NCBI GenBank assembly: GCA_965230925.1
Contig: OZ246403.1
Span: forward strand, 458,455-522,454
Reading direction: 5' to 3'
Length of the DNA stretch: 64,000 nt
DNA from: an uncultured Candidatus Saccharibacteria bacterium
Lineage (GTDB): Bacteria > Patescibacteriota > Minisyncoccia > Phycocordibacterales > JACOZG01
The position numbers and the translations under genes are program-made. Under the pieces are notes generated by a model that worked only from the letters and a program-made list of their open reading frames with translations, ran no database searches and was not told the DNA's origin. Below, in pieces: positions 8,901 to 17,563 of the stretch. Each line of letters opens with the position of its first letter. The first letter of the stretch is position 1.

Positions 8901-11900
8901 ACGGCCAATCTCTCAATGGCTACTGGTTTAATTGGGGTACTGGTTTCACCGGTTGGCAAACCAGCTCCACCTTAGAGCGAGTGTTTACTTCCGTTGGTAC
9001 CTATGTAATCAAACTTTGGGTCAGGGATACTTGCGCAACCAACAACGTTTCTCCTGTTGATGAACTCTCGTTGATTGTTAATAGCTCCGGACCTTCTAAT
9101 ACCGCTCCTGTGATTTCTGGATTTACCGCTGACCAGTTCTCTGTTACTTTGCCAAACAGAACCGTAACCTTAAGCGCGCAAATTTCTGACGATCGTTTAC
9201 CCAATCCGCCCGCACAAATTACCGTAGACTGGTCGCAAGTCGGGGGGACAGAAATTACCACCTTTACCAATGACCCTCAGGTCAATTCTACTGGCAATTT
9301 CACCGCAACTAGCGTTGCTACCTTGCCCAATGTTCCTGGTCTTTATATTTTGCAAGTGTCTGCCGCCGATGGTTCAGCTTTGCCAGCTGCCACGAGTCAA
9401 ATTCTCGTGATGGTAAATTCTCCGCTTCCTACTAACCAGCCTCCAGTGGTTACTGCTTCAGCCATGCCAGCAGAAATTTCTTTACCACTGAATCAGGTTG
9501 CTCTTGCGGGTAATTATACCGATGATAACTTGCCCACAGGGAGAACCATTACTACGACGTGGTCCGTTGATGAGGCGCCACAAGGAAGTTTTGTTCTCTT
9601 TGGTAACCCAGCTGCGCTTAACACCACGGCTACCTTTTCTCCTGTTGCCGGGACTTATAAGCTTAAGTTAACCGCCACGGAATTCCTCAACGGAAGCCCT
9701 GTTCTTTCTGGTGTTTCTGTAGCCACTGTGTTGGTGAACCCAATTACTGACCCCTGTATCGGCAACACGCCACCTTCCGCTAACGCCGGTTTTGACCAAA
9801 GTGTTGCTGAGGATTCATTGGTTAGTTTCAACGGTACTTTGTCGGCAGATGTTGGTGGTTCCATTTCTACCTACTCCTGGAACTTTGGTGATGGTGGTAC
9901 TGGAAGCGGAGCAACACCCACCCACATTTACACCACTTCCGGAACTTATGTCGCCACTCTTACGGTGACTGATAATTGTGGGGCCACTCATTCTGATACC
10001 GCAACCATTGTTGTTACAAGTTCAGCTCCCGCCCAGATTCCCCCAAGGGTTAATGCCGGCGTTGATCAGTTTAATCTTTCTTTTCCCACTACCGTTTCTT
10101 TGAGCGGAACGGTTTCTGGTTTTCCCTCGGGCTACTCAAAGTTGTGGACTAAAGTTGCGGGGCCAGGAACAGTTTCCTTCAGTTCCCCTAACAGTTTACA
10201 GACCACTGCAACGTTTTCGTCGGCCGGTTTCTATGCCCTCAAATTAACTGTTACATCTGGAAGCCTTGTGGTGTCAGATATCGTTGAGGTTATCTTTAAT
10301 CAAGCGGTATCAGTGAGCGCTGGTGTCGATAGATCCCTAAACTTGGCTACTAGCAATCATCAAGGTTCACTCACTTTCGATGCCTCGGTTACTGCCAGTG
10401 ACCCGTCACCATTGTCGTATTCTTGGTCACAGGTATCTGGTCCCCAAGCCTTAACTATTACTAATAGCCAGGTTCTCGATGCGACAGTCAGCGCTAACAA
10501 GGCCGGTACTTATGTTTTGCGCCTAACCGTTTCTGGTCCTGGAGTTGTTCCTTCAAACGATACAGTCACCTTGTCAGTTAGAGACCTTGAAGCTGGGTCT
10601 AATCAGAATATTGTTTTGCCTGCTTCGGTTGCTTTGTCGGGAACGGCAAGTAATTTTCCTACAGGTACTACTTATCAGTGGACACAGTTTTCTGGTCCTG
10701 CTGGTGGTTCGGCTTTCTCAAGTCAAAATAGCTTAAACACAAACGTCAGTTTTTCTCAGAGTGGGACATATCAATTGCGCTTAACCGCGACGCCTCTGGG
10801 GGAGTCTCCAATCTACGATACAGTACAAGTTGGTGTTGCTGTTGTGGGGAGTTTGGGGGTTGATGCTGGTTCTGACCAATTGAACACAACCTTCACTTCC
10901 CCGTCAGTTACTAGAAATCTAAACGGTGTTGTGGTTAATGCTCCAGTTGGTACCACTTATAAATGGACAAAAGCATCTGGGCCTTCTGGTGGTGCTCAAC
11001 CGACCTTTTCTCCAAGTGATGTGGTTTTGAACCCCGTTGTTACCCTGTATCAAACTGGAAGTTACACGTTCCAACTCAAAGCCACTCCGCCTAGTGGGCT
11101 TGCGGTATTAGATACGGTGTCTATTACGTTTAATGTTAATCCAACCAACATTTCGGTAGAAGCTTCACCAAACTATTTGACTTGGCCACAGAACTCTACG
11201 AATCTAAACATTAATTTTTCCGACAGTAATCCCGAGAGTGTGAGTGGTTTGTGGACTCAGTTTCAAGGGCCAATTGGTCAGGCAAGCTTTGCTAGCCCGA
11301 ATTCGTTTGACACCACGGTTACTTTTGGACAAGTTGGGAACTATGATCTTCGAATGACTATTGATGATGGTTTGGCTTATGATCCTCAGATTACTCGAGA
11401 AGTTAAGGTCTACCCGGCTTGTGGTGTTGGTAATCAAAAACCAACAGCCTTTGCGAGTGCCGACCAGTGGGTTCAGGTGAACCATGGTGTCGCGCTCTCA
11501 CCCTTTTCTTCTGTTGGTATTGGTTCTGCTGGATACACACCTTCAACTGACAGTGATGGCGTGATTACCAGTTATTATTGGGATTTTGGCGATGGTTCTT
11601 TCAGCGTTGAGGGTAGTACGAACCATTCTTACACCCAGGTTGGTACCTATAATGCTACGCTTACTGTGGCTGATAACTGCGGCTTGATTGATACTGAAGA
11701 AGTGGTGGTCCATGTGGTACCAGTTAATCCAGGTGCGTTTAATCCAGTTTTGAAATCTTACAGGCTAGAAGCCTATCACCCGGCTACTGGTGAAGAGGTT
11801 TGGACGGAACTTTCCGGATCAGTTGTTTCTGTTGAAACTGGAGATTTGTTACGTCTCGACCTTTTGTCTGGGGCGGGAGGTATTGGACTTTCCACCTGGA

Positions 11901-13081
11901 CAATCGGTAATCAAAATGTGGAGATAACGCAAAGTGGGTTGGTGCAAAAAGTGAAGTTTCTCTCTCCTAGTTTATTGACCAATCCAGCCAGTGTAATGGT
12001 TTATCCCGATGATTACAGCTCCTCTGTTGTTCTGAGTAAAAACTTTGACGTCAACAATGTAATGGACGAAGTTGGTGTTGGTCCGGGGATTCATCTTTCT
12101 GCTAGGGAGATGACTGTAAATGAAAATGGTTCCTTGGCTTGGGCTATTCATAGTGAGCCAAATCCCTGCACTCCTGGTGATACTTTTGGCCCACAGTGTA
12201 TGACCTTAACCCAGCTCGATTTGAGTGACGAGGATAATATTACTGTAAATGAATATATGCCAAACACAATTTCTAATCCAACTTCCCTCGCCTATTCTCA
12301 TGACCATCTTTACCTTAGAGATGGAATTAATATTAAAGTTTTTGGTGTTTCTGCCAACTCCGCTCCCCAATATCAGGGAACTTATAATTTAGGAAACTCC
12401 TCTACTGGTGGAGTTTATAAAGGAGTGGCCGCAAGGGGTCAAGTATTGTTCTCTACGGCAGGAAACCTTGGATTGAAAGTGCTCGATTTAAGACAAACAC
12501 CAACTCTTTCTCTTTTAGGTCAGACTTCATTGCCTGGTGGAGAGGTGGCAAATGTCCTCTTCTTAGATGGTAATAAGCTATATGTTGGTGGCGCTAACAA
12601 TAAAGTTCACATCTTCGACATATCTTGCTTGGGTGATTTAGAGGCGCCAAGTGCTTGTAATCCAAACATCATTGGGTCTGTGGATGTTGGTAGTAATATT
12701 AGTTTCTTAGCCAAGACCGGGTTTGGTGGTCATGATTATGTTCTGGTTTACACTTACTCTGGAGTGAAGGTTTATGATATTACTAACCTGGGTCAAATTG
12801 TTCAGGTAGGAGAGTTTAGTCCGTATCAAGTGTTTGGAGCTAATGCAACTGGGGTTCTGGCTTTTGGCAACAAGTTATATTTTGGCTTTAGTCCAACCAA
12901 CCTTAATTATGGAACAAGTGTTGCTCGTATAAACCTTGCAAATCCAAGTGAGATCTATGCCATGGAATGGATTTCTACGCTAACGGCCGGAGGTAATAAG
13001 CAAATGATTCATCAGAACGGGAAGCTCTATGTAACGAGTGATACCAACGATATTATTATCCTTGATTTGCTAAACGAATAG
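5909..13081 (+). CDS. 2390-aa secreted multi-domain surface protein (signal peptide; about 14 Ig-like 'DDGLPNPPG...W.KVSGPG...LRLTVSDG' domains; about 4 PKD domains; C-terminal LVIVD-like beta-propeller)
   Basis: Single uninterrupted 7.2-kb ORF. N-terminal signal peptide MIVKKVLGIFFVLALSLTVVEAQA. Repeated ~100-aa modules begin with N(A/V)G.DQ and carry DDGLPNPP and TWTKVSGPGTVTF motifs. PKD signatures: SYSWNFGDSTS, HAWNFGDGSATF, YSWNFGDGGTGS, YYWDFGDGSFS. The C-terminal 400 aa carry propeller-like repeats (KVHIFDIS, GVKVYDITNLG). Confidence 0.85.
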   Translation: MIVKKVLGIFFVLALSLTVVEAQAVNSSPHSQGGLIWELLSRINQISLLSQAGCSTNTPPAPSISVPVNNFSGVVGTPVSFSGSATDSGGSISITSYSWNFGDSTSAGGTSANHVYATPGQKTVTLTANDWCGASGSTNISITINSSTPTNAPASVNAGADQNISSLGFPTVNLNAAVTDDGLPNPPGALTYTWQQVSGPAGSVFTGASTLNPSVALMGFGTYVFRLTVWDGAVQSYDEVSVTANQSANNPPTVNAGTDQSVVFPASATLSGSVSDDNSANPYRVWTKTSGPGTVTFSSPSSNSPLATFSGVGVYVLRLTANDGFLESFDEVTVTVNSQTNTAPTASAGSDRSVTGSTGPFVFTINNTASVYDDGLPNPPGSVTQTWTKVSGPGTVTFTPSNTTLRPTVSLSLAGTYVLRLTASDSVLSDDDEMTVTVNQPNNTPTVDAGPNRTIYSYQTNSASLDGTVNDDGLPNPPGALATTWTKVSGPGTVTFANASSVDTTATFSQAGTYGLRLTVSDGSLSANDTMTVFYWQNNPPTANAGPDQNLSFPQAPAIVPLSPSASNPDGLPVGGQLHFDWIKVSGPGNATFSNSGGTWPPNSSPSVTLSQFGSYILRLLISDGSTSLGGLSSSDDVAITISSGGNVNTPPTVNAVAEPAIITLPTSQVLLNGTVADNNLSLVSYLWTKVSGPTTGSTIVSPTQVDTNVTFTQAGTYKFKLTVNDSGVPPFNNISSPEVTVTVNPVNQCAGNLPPLVSAGPDRTATAGVLITLTGSSSDPNGNNTITNHAWNFGDGSATFNAPNAVAMHTFAVAGTYNVTLTVTDGCHSVSDETQVVVAPPQPSNQAPQAGLLTANPSVLALPLNTLNLSVPITDDLLPAPHSVTTTWSQVSGPATGTTFNPPVSQSALASFTATTAVTLPSVSGDYVFRASISDGSGLPAVIREVTVALGPPVAGPCDNNQAPTANLTGPTTGLVGQTLTFSADGSTTGSNGMNENGQSLNGYWFNWGTGFTGWQTSSTLERVFTSVGTYVIKLWVRDTCATNNVSPVDELSLIVNSSGPSNTAPVISGFTADQFSVTLPNRTVTLSAQISDDRLPNPPAQITVDWSQVGGTEITTFTNDPQVNSTGNFTATSVATLPNVPGLYILQVSAADGSALPAATSQILVMVNSPLPTNQPPVVTASAMPAEISLPLNQVALAGNYTDDNLPTGRTITTTWSVDEAPQGSFVLFGNPAALNTTATFSPVAGTYKLKLTATEFLNGSPVLSGVSVATVLVNPITDPCIGNTPPSANAGFDQSVAEDSLVSFNGTLSADVGGSISTYSWNFGDGGTGSGATPTHIYTTSGTYVATLTVTDNCGATHSDTATIVVTSSAPAQIPPRVNAGVDQFNLSFPTTVSLSGTVSGFPSGYSKLWTKVAGPGTVSFSSPNSLQTTATFSSAGFYALKLTVTSGSLVVSDIVEVIFNQAVSVSAGVDRSLNLATSNHQGSLTFDASVTASDPSPLSYSWSQVSGPQALTITNSQVLDATVSANKAGTYVLRLTVSGPGVVPSNDTVTLSVRDLEAGSNQNIVLPASVALSGTASNFPTGTTYQWTQFSGPAGGSAFSSQNSLNTNVSFSQSGTYQLRLTATPLGESPIYDTVQVGVAVVGSLGVDAGSDQLNTTFTSPSVTRNLNGVVVNAPVGTTYKWTKASGPSGGAQPTFSPSDVVLNPVVTLYQTGSYTFQLKATPPSGLAVLDTVSITFNVNPTNISVEASPNYLTWPQNSTNLNINFSDSNPESVSGLWTQFQGPIGQASFASPNSFDTTVTFGQVGNYDLRMTIDDGLAYDPQITREVKVYPACGVGNQKPTAFASADQWVQVNHGVALSPFSSVGIGSAGYTPSTDSDGVITSYYWDFGDGSFSVEGSTNHSYTQVGTYNATLTVADNCGLIDTEEVVVHVVPVNPGAFNPVLKSYRLEAYHPATGEEVWTELSGSVVSVETGDLLRLDLLSGAGGIGLSTWTIGNQNVEITQSGLVQKVKFLSPSLLTNPASVMVYPDDYSSSVVLSKNFDVNNVMDEVGVGPGIHLSAREMTVNENGSLAWAIHSEPNPCTPGDTFGPQCMTLTQLDLSDEDNITVNEYMPNTISNPTSLAYSHDHLYLRDGINIKVFGVSANSAPQYQGTYNLGNSSTGGVYKGVAARGQVLFSTAGNLGLKVLDLRQTPTLSLLGQTSLPGGEVANVLFLDGNKLYVGGANNKVHIFDISCLGDLEAPSACNPNIIGSVDVGSNISFLAKTGFGGHDYVLVYTYSGVKVYDITNLGQIVQVGEFSPYQVFGANATGVLAFGNKLYFGFSPTNLNYGTSVARINLANPSEIYAMEWISTLTAGGNKQMIHQNGKLYVTSDTNDIIILDLLNE

Positions 13082-13113
13082 GCAGCTAAAGATCTTTCTG
13101 CTATTCTGACTCG

Positions 13114-13131
13114 GCGAAGACTCTTCGCTTT
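13114..13131 (+). terminator. weak stem-loop after the 2390-aa protein gene
   Basis: GCGAAGA-c-TCTTCGC inverted repeat followed by TTT. Stem and T-run are short. Confidence 0.3.
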
Positions 13132-13136
13132 AGTCA

Positions 13137-13207
13137 CGGGCTGTAGTATACCGGTAGTACGCGCCCATGGGGTGGGTGTAGACCGGGTTCGATTCCCGGC
13201 AGCCCGA
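13137..13207 (+). tRNA. tRNA-Pro (anticodon GGG)
   Basis: Acceptor CGGGCTG/CAGCCCG, U8, D-arm GTAT...GTAC, anticodon stem CGCCC/GGGTG (one G-U pair) with loop ATGGGGT, T-arm CCGGG-TTCGATT-CCCGG, discriminator A. 71 nt. Confidence 0.65.
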
Positions 13208-13222
13208 AGGTTATAATTAGTT

Positions 13223-13630
13223 ATGATTCAACACTTAATCGTTATTGCGGCATCAGTGGTTGGTTTTGTTGCGGCTTACTATATTGCGCGGCAGAAGGCG
13301 AGAGGGGAGAAGCTTGTGTGTCCGCTTGATGCTAATTGCGAAGCGGTGGTGCATAGCGACTATTCTCGTTTGCTCGGTATTCCGCTTGAGTATCTGGGCT
13401 TAATCTATTACGGACTAACTTTCCTAGCGCATGTTTTATTCCTCTTTTTTCCAGTCTGGTCAGAGGGGGTTTATCCTTCGATTCTGAAATTGGTGAGCGG
13501 AGGAGCCTTTCTTTTCTCTCTTTATCTCATTTGGGTACAATTTGCCAAGCTTAAGAATTGGTGTTTCTGGTGTATGGTTTCTTCGGCCGCAACTTTGGTA
13601 ATCTTTGTTTCCAGTTTTTTTCTTCACTAA
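13223..13630 (+). CDS. vitamin K epoxide reductase (VKOR) family membrane protein
   Basis: 135-aa polytopic membrane protein with a loop Cys pair (CPLDANC) and a C-terminal CFWC redox motif in a transmembrane helix, the hallmark arrangement of bacterial VKOR homologs. Confidence 0.65.
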   Translation: MIQHLIVIAASVVGFVAAYYIARQKARGEKLVCPLDANCEAVVHSDYSRLLGIPLEYLGLIYYGLTFLAHVLFLFFPVWSEGVYPSILKLVSGGAFLFSLYLIWVQFAKLKNWCFWCMVSSAATLVIFVSSFFLH

Positions 13631-13679
13631 TTTTTGCTAGGATGATTTTGCGGGCTTGCCACGCCGAAGCGTAGCGCAG

Positions 13680-13753
13680 GCGGGATTAGTTAAATGGTAT
13701 AACGTCGGTTTTCCAAACCGAGGTCGGGAGTTCGATTCTCCCATCCCGCACCA
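13680..13753 (+). tRNA. tRNA-Gly (anticodon TCC), CCA encoded
   Basis: Acceptor GCGGGAT/ATCCCGC, D-stem GTTA/TAAC, anticodon stem TCGGT/ACCGA with loop TTTCCAA, T-arm GGGAG-TTCGATT-CTCCC, discriminator A plus CCA. Confidence 0.75.
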
Positions 13754-13844
13754 GAGAATCGAAGGCCGGAGCGCGGCGGCGCGAGGCGGGGTCGCGGGCC
13801 GAGCCAGCAGGCGAGGACCTGTGACCGATTCTCCCATCCCGCAC
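13754..13844 (+). repeat. 74-bp GC-rich insert followed by a 19-bp direct repeat (13826-13844) of the tRNA-Gly 3' end (13733-13751)
   Basis: cgattctcccatcccgcac occurs at 13733-13751 inside the tRNA and again at 13826-13844. The intervening sequence (ggccggagcgcggcggcgcgaggcggggtcgcgggccgagccagcaggcgagg) is far more GC-rich than its surroundings. Confidence 0.6.
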
Positions 13845-13849
13845 TCGAT

Positions 13850-14986
13850 ATGTCAGTTACCAAAGATATTAAAAAACTGCGAACTTGGATTGAGGTAGAC
13901 ACCAAGGCTTTGGCCCATAATTTTCGTTTGTTTCGGAAATTTATTGGTCGCAAGGTGCAGTTAATGGCTGTGGTGAAGTCTAATGCTTATGGACACGGCC
14001 TGGTGGAGACCTCACAAGTTTTTGCCAAGCTCGGGGCTGATTGGCTTGGTGTGGATTCTATGACCGAAGCGATCGCTCTACGCAAGGCGGGGATTAAAAC
14101 GCCAATTTTGGTACTCGGTTATACGCTCGCGGTGCATTTTGATGAGGCGGCGAAGAAAAACATTACTCTTACAGTTTCTCAACTTGAGTCAATTAAAGAA
14201 CTGATTTCTTGGTCAAAAAAGCCCGGTAAGACAAAAATTAATGTTCACCTTAAGGTTGATACTGGTATGCACCGGCAGGGTTTCTTGCTCGGAGATTTCG
14301 AGCGGGCCCTCAATGAACTTACCAAAGCAAAACGAGTGGTGATAACTGGTTTGTTTAGTCACTTGGCTTCTCCAGGACATGAGCGATTTAGAGATAAAAC
14401 GGTGGCTCAAGGTGAGGAGTTTAAAAAGTTTCAAGCTTTGGTTTCTGTGCATAATTTAAAAGTCATGAGCCATTTAACTGCTACTGGTGGAACAATGGCG
14501 TATCCGGAATATCACTTTGACCTCGTGCGGGTTGGTTTAGGTATGTATGGTCTGTGGCCCACAGAAGAACTTTCGGTCAAAATGAAAGAGGCTTTTTCTC
14601 TCCGACCAGTTTTGAGTTGGAAAACAATTGTGAGTGAGGTTAAAACTTTGCCTAGTGATGGCGAGGTTGGGTATGACTTTACTCAGGCGGTAAAAGCGGG
14701 GACTAAGCTTGCCGTTTGTCCCATTGGTTATTGGCATGGTTTCGCGAGACATTTATCAAACTGTGGTCAAGTGCTTGTTCGTGGAGTAATTGCGCCGGTG
14801 GTGGGACGTATTTCTATGGATATGATTGTTTTTGATGCCACTAATATCTCGGAACTCAAAGTGGGAGATGTGGTAACTCTGATCGACACTAATTTAACGG
14901 CCACTCATGTCGCCAATTTGATCAATACTTCAGCTTACGAGACAATTACCACGCTTAACCCGCTTATTTGGCGTTTGTACCGCTAG
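13850..14986 (+). CDS. alr: alanine racemase
   Basis: PLP-binding motif AVVKSNAYGHG near the N-terminus. 378 aa with the alanine racemase fold pattern throughout. Confidence 0.85.
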   Translation: MSVTKDIKKLRTWIEVDTKALAHNFRLFRKFIGRKVQLMAVVKSNAYGHGLVETSQVFAKLGADWLGVDSMTEAIALRKAGIKTPILVLGYTLAVHFDEAAKKNITLTVSQLESIKELISWSKKPGKTKINVHLKVDTGMHRQGFLLGDFERALNELTKAKRVVITGLFSHLASPGHERFRDKTVAQGEEFKKFQALVSVHNLKVMSHLTATGGTMAYPEYHFDLVRVGLGMYGLWPTEELSVKMKEAFSLRPVLSWKTIVSEVKTLPSDGEVGYDFTQAVKAGTKLAVCPIGYWHGFARHLSNCGQVLVRGVIAPVVGRISMDMIVFDATNISELKVGDVVTLIDTNLTATHVANLINTSAYETITTLNPLIWRLYR

Positions 14987-14995
14987 AGACAAAAA

Positions 14996-15032
14996 ACACT
15001 CCGCCGGCGGCGGGGTGTTTTTTTGTGGGGGA
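14996..15032. terminator. bidirectional rho-independent terminator between convergent alr and hup
   Basis: aaaaaaCACTCCGCCggcGGCGGGGTGttttttt: a 9-bp GC-rich stem (one G-U) flanked by an A-run upstream and a T-run downstream. Confidence 0.75.
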
Positions 15033-15036
15033 GAAG

Positions 15037-15318
15037 TTATTTTACCGCATCCTTTAAACCCTTGGCTGGGCGGAACTTCGGAACTTTCATCGCCGCCACT
15101 TGAATCGATTCTCCGGTCCGAGGATTCCGAGCCGTGCGAGCCGCCCTTTGCTTGGTCGAGAAGATCCCCAGCCCAGCAATCGAGACCTCACCGCCCTTTG
15201 TGAGGGTGGTAACGATTGAGTCAATCAACGTGTCAACCGCTTGTTCGGCTGTGGTTTTGGTCCCGCCAATCTTCACATGAATTGCCTCAATCAAATCTTG
15301 TTTATTCATATTGGCCAT
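15037..15318 (-). CDS. hup: HU-family DNA-binding protein
   Basis: MANMNKQDLIEAI...GFGTF-like arm ...RNPRTGE... are typical HU/IHF motifs. The track ORF starts 8 codons earlier (MVDFSSQV); MANMNK is the likelier start. Confidence 0.8.
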   Translation of the reverse strand: MANMNKQDLIEAIHVKIGGTKTTAEQAVDTLIDSIVTTLTKGGEVSIAGLGIFSTKQRAARTARNPRTGESIQVAAMKVPKFRPAKGLKDAVK

Positions 15319-15433
15319 TACTTGGCTGCTAAAGTCGACCACACTTAGGCTGAATTATATATTTTGAGCCATTTATCCGCAACCACCCTTTTCGATAGAA
15401 CGACTTTTTGCCCCGGAGTCAATTTTTTTGAGT

Positions 15434-16963
15434 TTAGCGGGCGTATTCTGTAGCGCGAGATTCACGAATGGCGGTGATTTTGATTTCACCAGGATATTTC
15501 AACTCCTTCTCGATTCTAAGGGCAATCTCTCTCGCGATGCGGCGGGTTTCTAGGTCGGAAATATCACCCGGTCGGACGAAAACACGGAGCTCTCGGCCAG
15601 CTTGGATGGCATAGGCTTTCTCGATCCCAGAGAAGGAGTTGGCAATATCTTCAAGATCCTTGAGGCGTTTGAGATAATTCTCAACGCTGTCGCGTCGAGC
15701 GCCTGGTCGGCCGCCAGAGATGGCGTCGGCCACCTGGACGATGATGGATTCTATCGTTTCATACGGATACTCTTCATGATGAGCCCGCATGGCTTTAATC
15801 ACATCCTGACTCACGCCAAATTTTTCAAGAATCCGAATGCCAATTTCCACATGAGTTCCCGGTACTTCATGATCAACCGCCTTGCCGATATCGTGGAGCA
15901 GGGCGCCAGCTCGGGCCACTTGAGGATCAGCGCCAAGTTCTTCGGCGAGCATACCAGCTAGGTGACTCATCTCTATTGAGTGTTGTAAAACGTTTTGACC
16001 ATAACTGGTGCGAAAATGGAGACGACCGAGGATAAGGAGGATTCGCGGGTCAAGATTGAAAACACTGGCTTCGTAAGCGGCTTGTTCACCCTTCTCTTTA
16101 ATCGTTTGAGCGACATTGTTTTTCGCTTTTTCTACGGCCTCCTCAATACGAGCTGGATTAATGCGGCCGTCACTCAAGAGTTCCTCGAGCGCCACCTTGG
16201 CGGTGTGGCGTCGCACGGGGTCAAAGGAGGAGAGGACGATCGCTCCGGGGGTATCGTCAATAATAACTTCTACACCCGTCGCTTTCTCAAAAGCGCGAAT
16301 GTTGCGACCCTCTTTACCAATAATTTTGCCTTTCAAATCATCAGTTGGAATGGGAACCGTGGTCGACATGACCTCGGGAATATTGTTTGCCGCTAGGCGC
16401 TGAATGGTGCTAGCAAGAATGTTTTTTGCTCGACGCTCGAGTTCATTACCCGCTTCGGCCTCAAGTTTCCTGATGCGAGTTAGAAGATCTTCCTCACTTT
16501 CCTTAGCGGCAGTAGAGAGGAGTTCGGCTTTGGCGGCATCGTGAGAGAGTTTGGCTACTCGCTCAAGTTCTTCACGCTTGGTTTGGTCGAGGGCGACCGC
16601 TTTTTCCTTTAACTGCTTCAATTCTTCAGCCTTGTGTTTCAATTCTTCGGTTTCGCGGTCAACATCGGTTTGCCGCTTGTCGAGCAAGTCTTCTTTTTTT
16701 ACGATCCGTTCCTCGCGCTTTTTTAGATCAGCATCCTTCTCTTTTTCGTTTTCCTTAGCTTCTTTCAGTCTGGTTTCTGCTTCCATTTCGGCCTTTTCTG
16801 TAATTTTTTGGGCTTGGTCTTTGGCCTCAAGCATCATTTGCTTGATTGTGACCTCCATTGACCCTTTCTGGCTCAGAGTAATAAGCCATCGCAGAAAATA
16901 ACCGAAAATAATTCCGGCTAATGTTCCCGCACCACCAATGAGTAAAATCAGAGTTAAGTTCAC
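15434..16963 (-). CDS. rny: ribonuclease Y
   Basis: N-terminal transmembrane helix, long coiled coil, KH domain (GKIIGKEGRNIRAFEKATGVEVIIDD) and HD domain (LHDIGKAVDHE). This is the canonical RNase Y architecture. 509 aa. Confidence 0.85.
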   Translation of the reverse strand: MNLTLILLIGGAGTLAGIIFGYFLRWLITLSQKGSMEVTIKQMMLEAKDQAQKITEKAEMEAETRLKEAKENEKEKDADLKKREERIVKKEDLLDKRQTDVDRETEELKHKAEELKQLKEKAVALDQTKREELERVAKLSHDAAKAELLSTAAKESEEDLLTRIRKLEAEAGNELERRAKNILASTIQRLAANNIPEVMSTTVPIPTDDLKGKIIGKEGRNIRAFEKATGVEVIIDDTPGAIVLSSFDPVRRHTAKVALEELLSDGRINPARIEEAVEKAKNNVAQTIKEKGEQAAYEASVFNLDPRILLILGRLHFRTSYGQNVLQHSIEMSHLAGMLAEELGADPQVARAGALLHDIGKAVDHEVPGTHVEIGIRILEKFGVSQDVIKAMRAHHEEYPYETIESIIVQVADAISGGRPGARRDSVENYLKRLKDLEDIANSFSGIEKAYAIQAGRELRVFVRPGDISDLETRRIAREIALRIEKELKYPGEIKITAIRESRATEYAR

Positions 16964-16966
16964 ACT

Positions 16967-17554
16967 CTAACGACTGCTACTAGGTTTGATAATTTGGTCA
17001 ATGAGACCATACTCTTTCGCTTCCTCGGCCGACATGTAGTAGTTCCGGTCAGAGTCTTTCTCAATTTGCTCCAGTTTTTGGCCGGTATTTTTCGCCATAA
17101 TACGGTTTAATCGATCTTTGATCTTGAGGAGCTGTCTGGCGGTAATTTCAATATCTGACACCTGTCCCTCAGTGCCACTCATCGGTTGATGAATCATCAT
17201 CTCGGCATTGGGCAAGGCAAAACGCTTACCCTTAGCTCCCGAGGAGAGCAACATGGCTCCAGCCGAGGCGGCGAGACCGACGCAAACCGTAGAAACGTCG
17301 GGCTTTACATGGTTCATGGTGTCGAGGATGGCAAGACCCGAGGTGACCTGACCGCCAGGGGAGTTTACGTAGAGGGTGATATCTTTCTTAGGGTCTTCTG
17401 ACTCTAGGAAGAGAAGTTGGGCAATAATCAAATTGGCCACATGATCATCAATGGGTCCGCCAAGGAAAACGATCCGCTCCTTCAAGAGGCGGGAATAAAT
17501 GTCATAGGCACGTTCCCCAAATGACGATTTCTCAATAACGGTTGGAATTAACAT
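16967..17554 (-). CDS. clpP: ATP-dependent Clp protease proteolytic subunit
   Basis: [43 protein letters not shown] and the catalytic Ser context [11 protein letters not shown] place this in ClpP. 195 aa. Confidence 0.9.
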   Translation of the reverse strand: MLIPTVIEKSSFGERAYDIYSRLLKERIVFLGGPIDDHVANLIIAQLLFLESEDPKKDITLYVNSPGGQVTSGLAILDTMNHVKPDVSTVCVGLAASAGAMLLSSGAKGKRFALPNAEMMIHQPMSGTEGQVSDIEITARQLLKIKDRLNRIMAKNTGQKLEQIEKDSDRNYYMSAEEAKEYGLIDQIIKPSSSR

Positions 17555-17563
17555 AATGCGGGA

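Noticed and set aside
13637-13953. Three overlapping 66-87-aa ORFs over the tRNA-Gly and GC-rich insert
   Set aside because: They overlap a well-folded tRNA and each other. High GC keeps frames open by chance.
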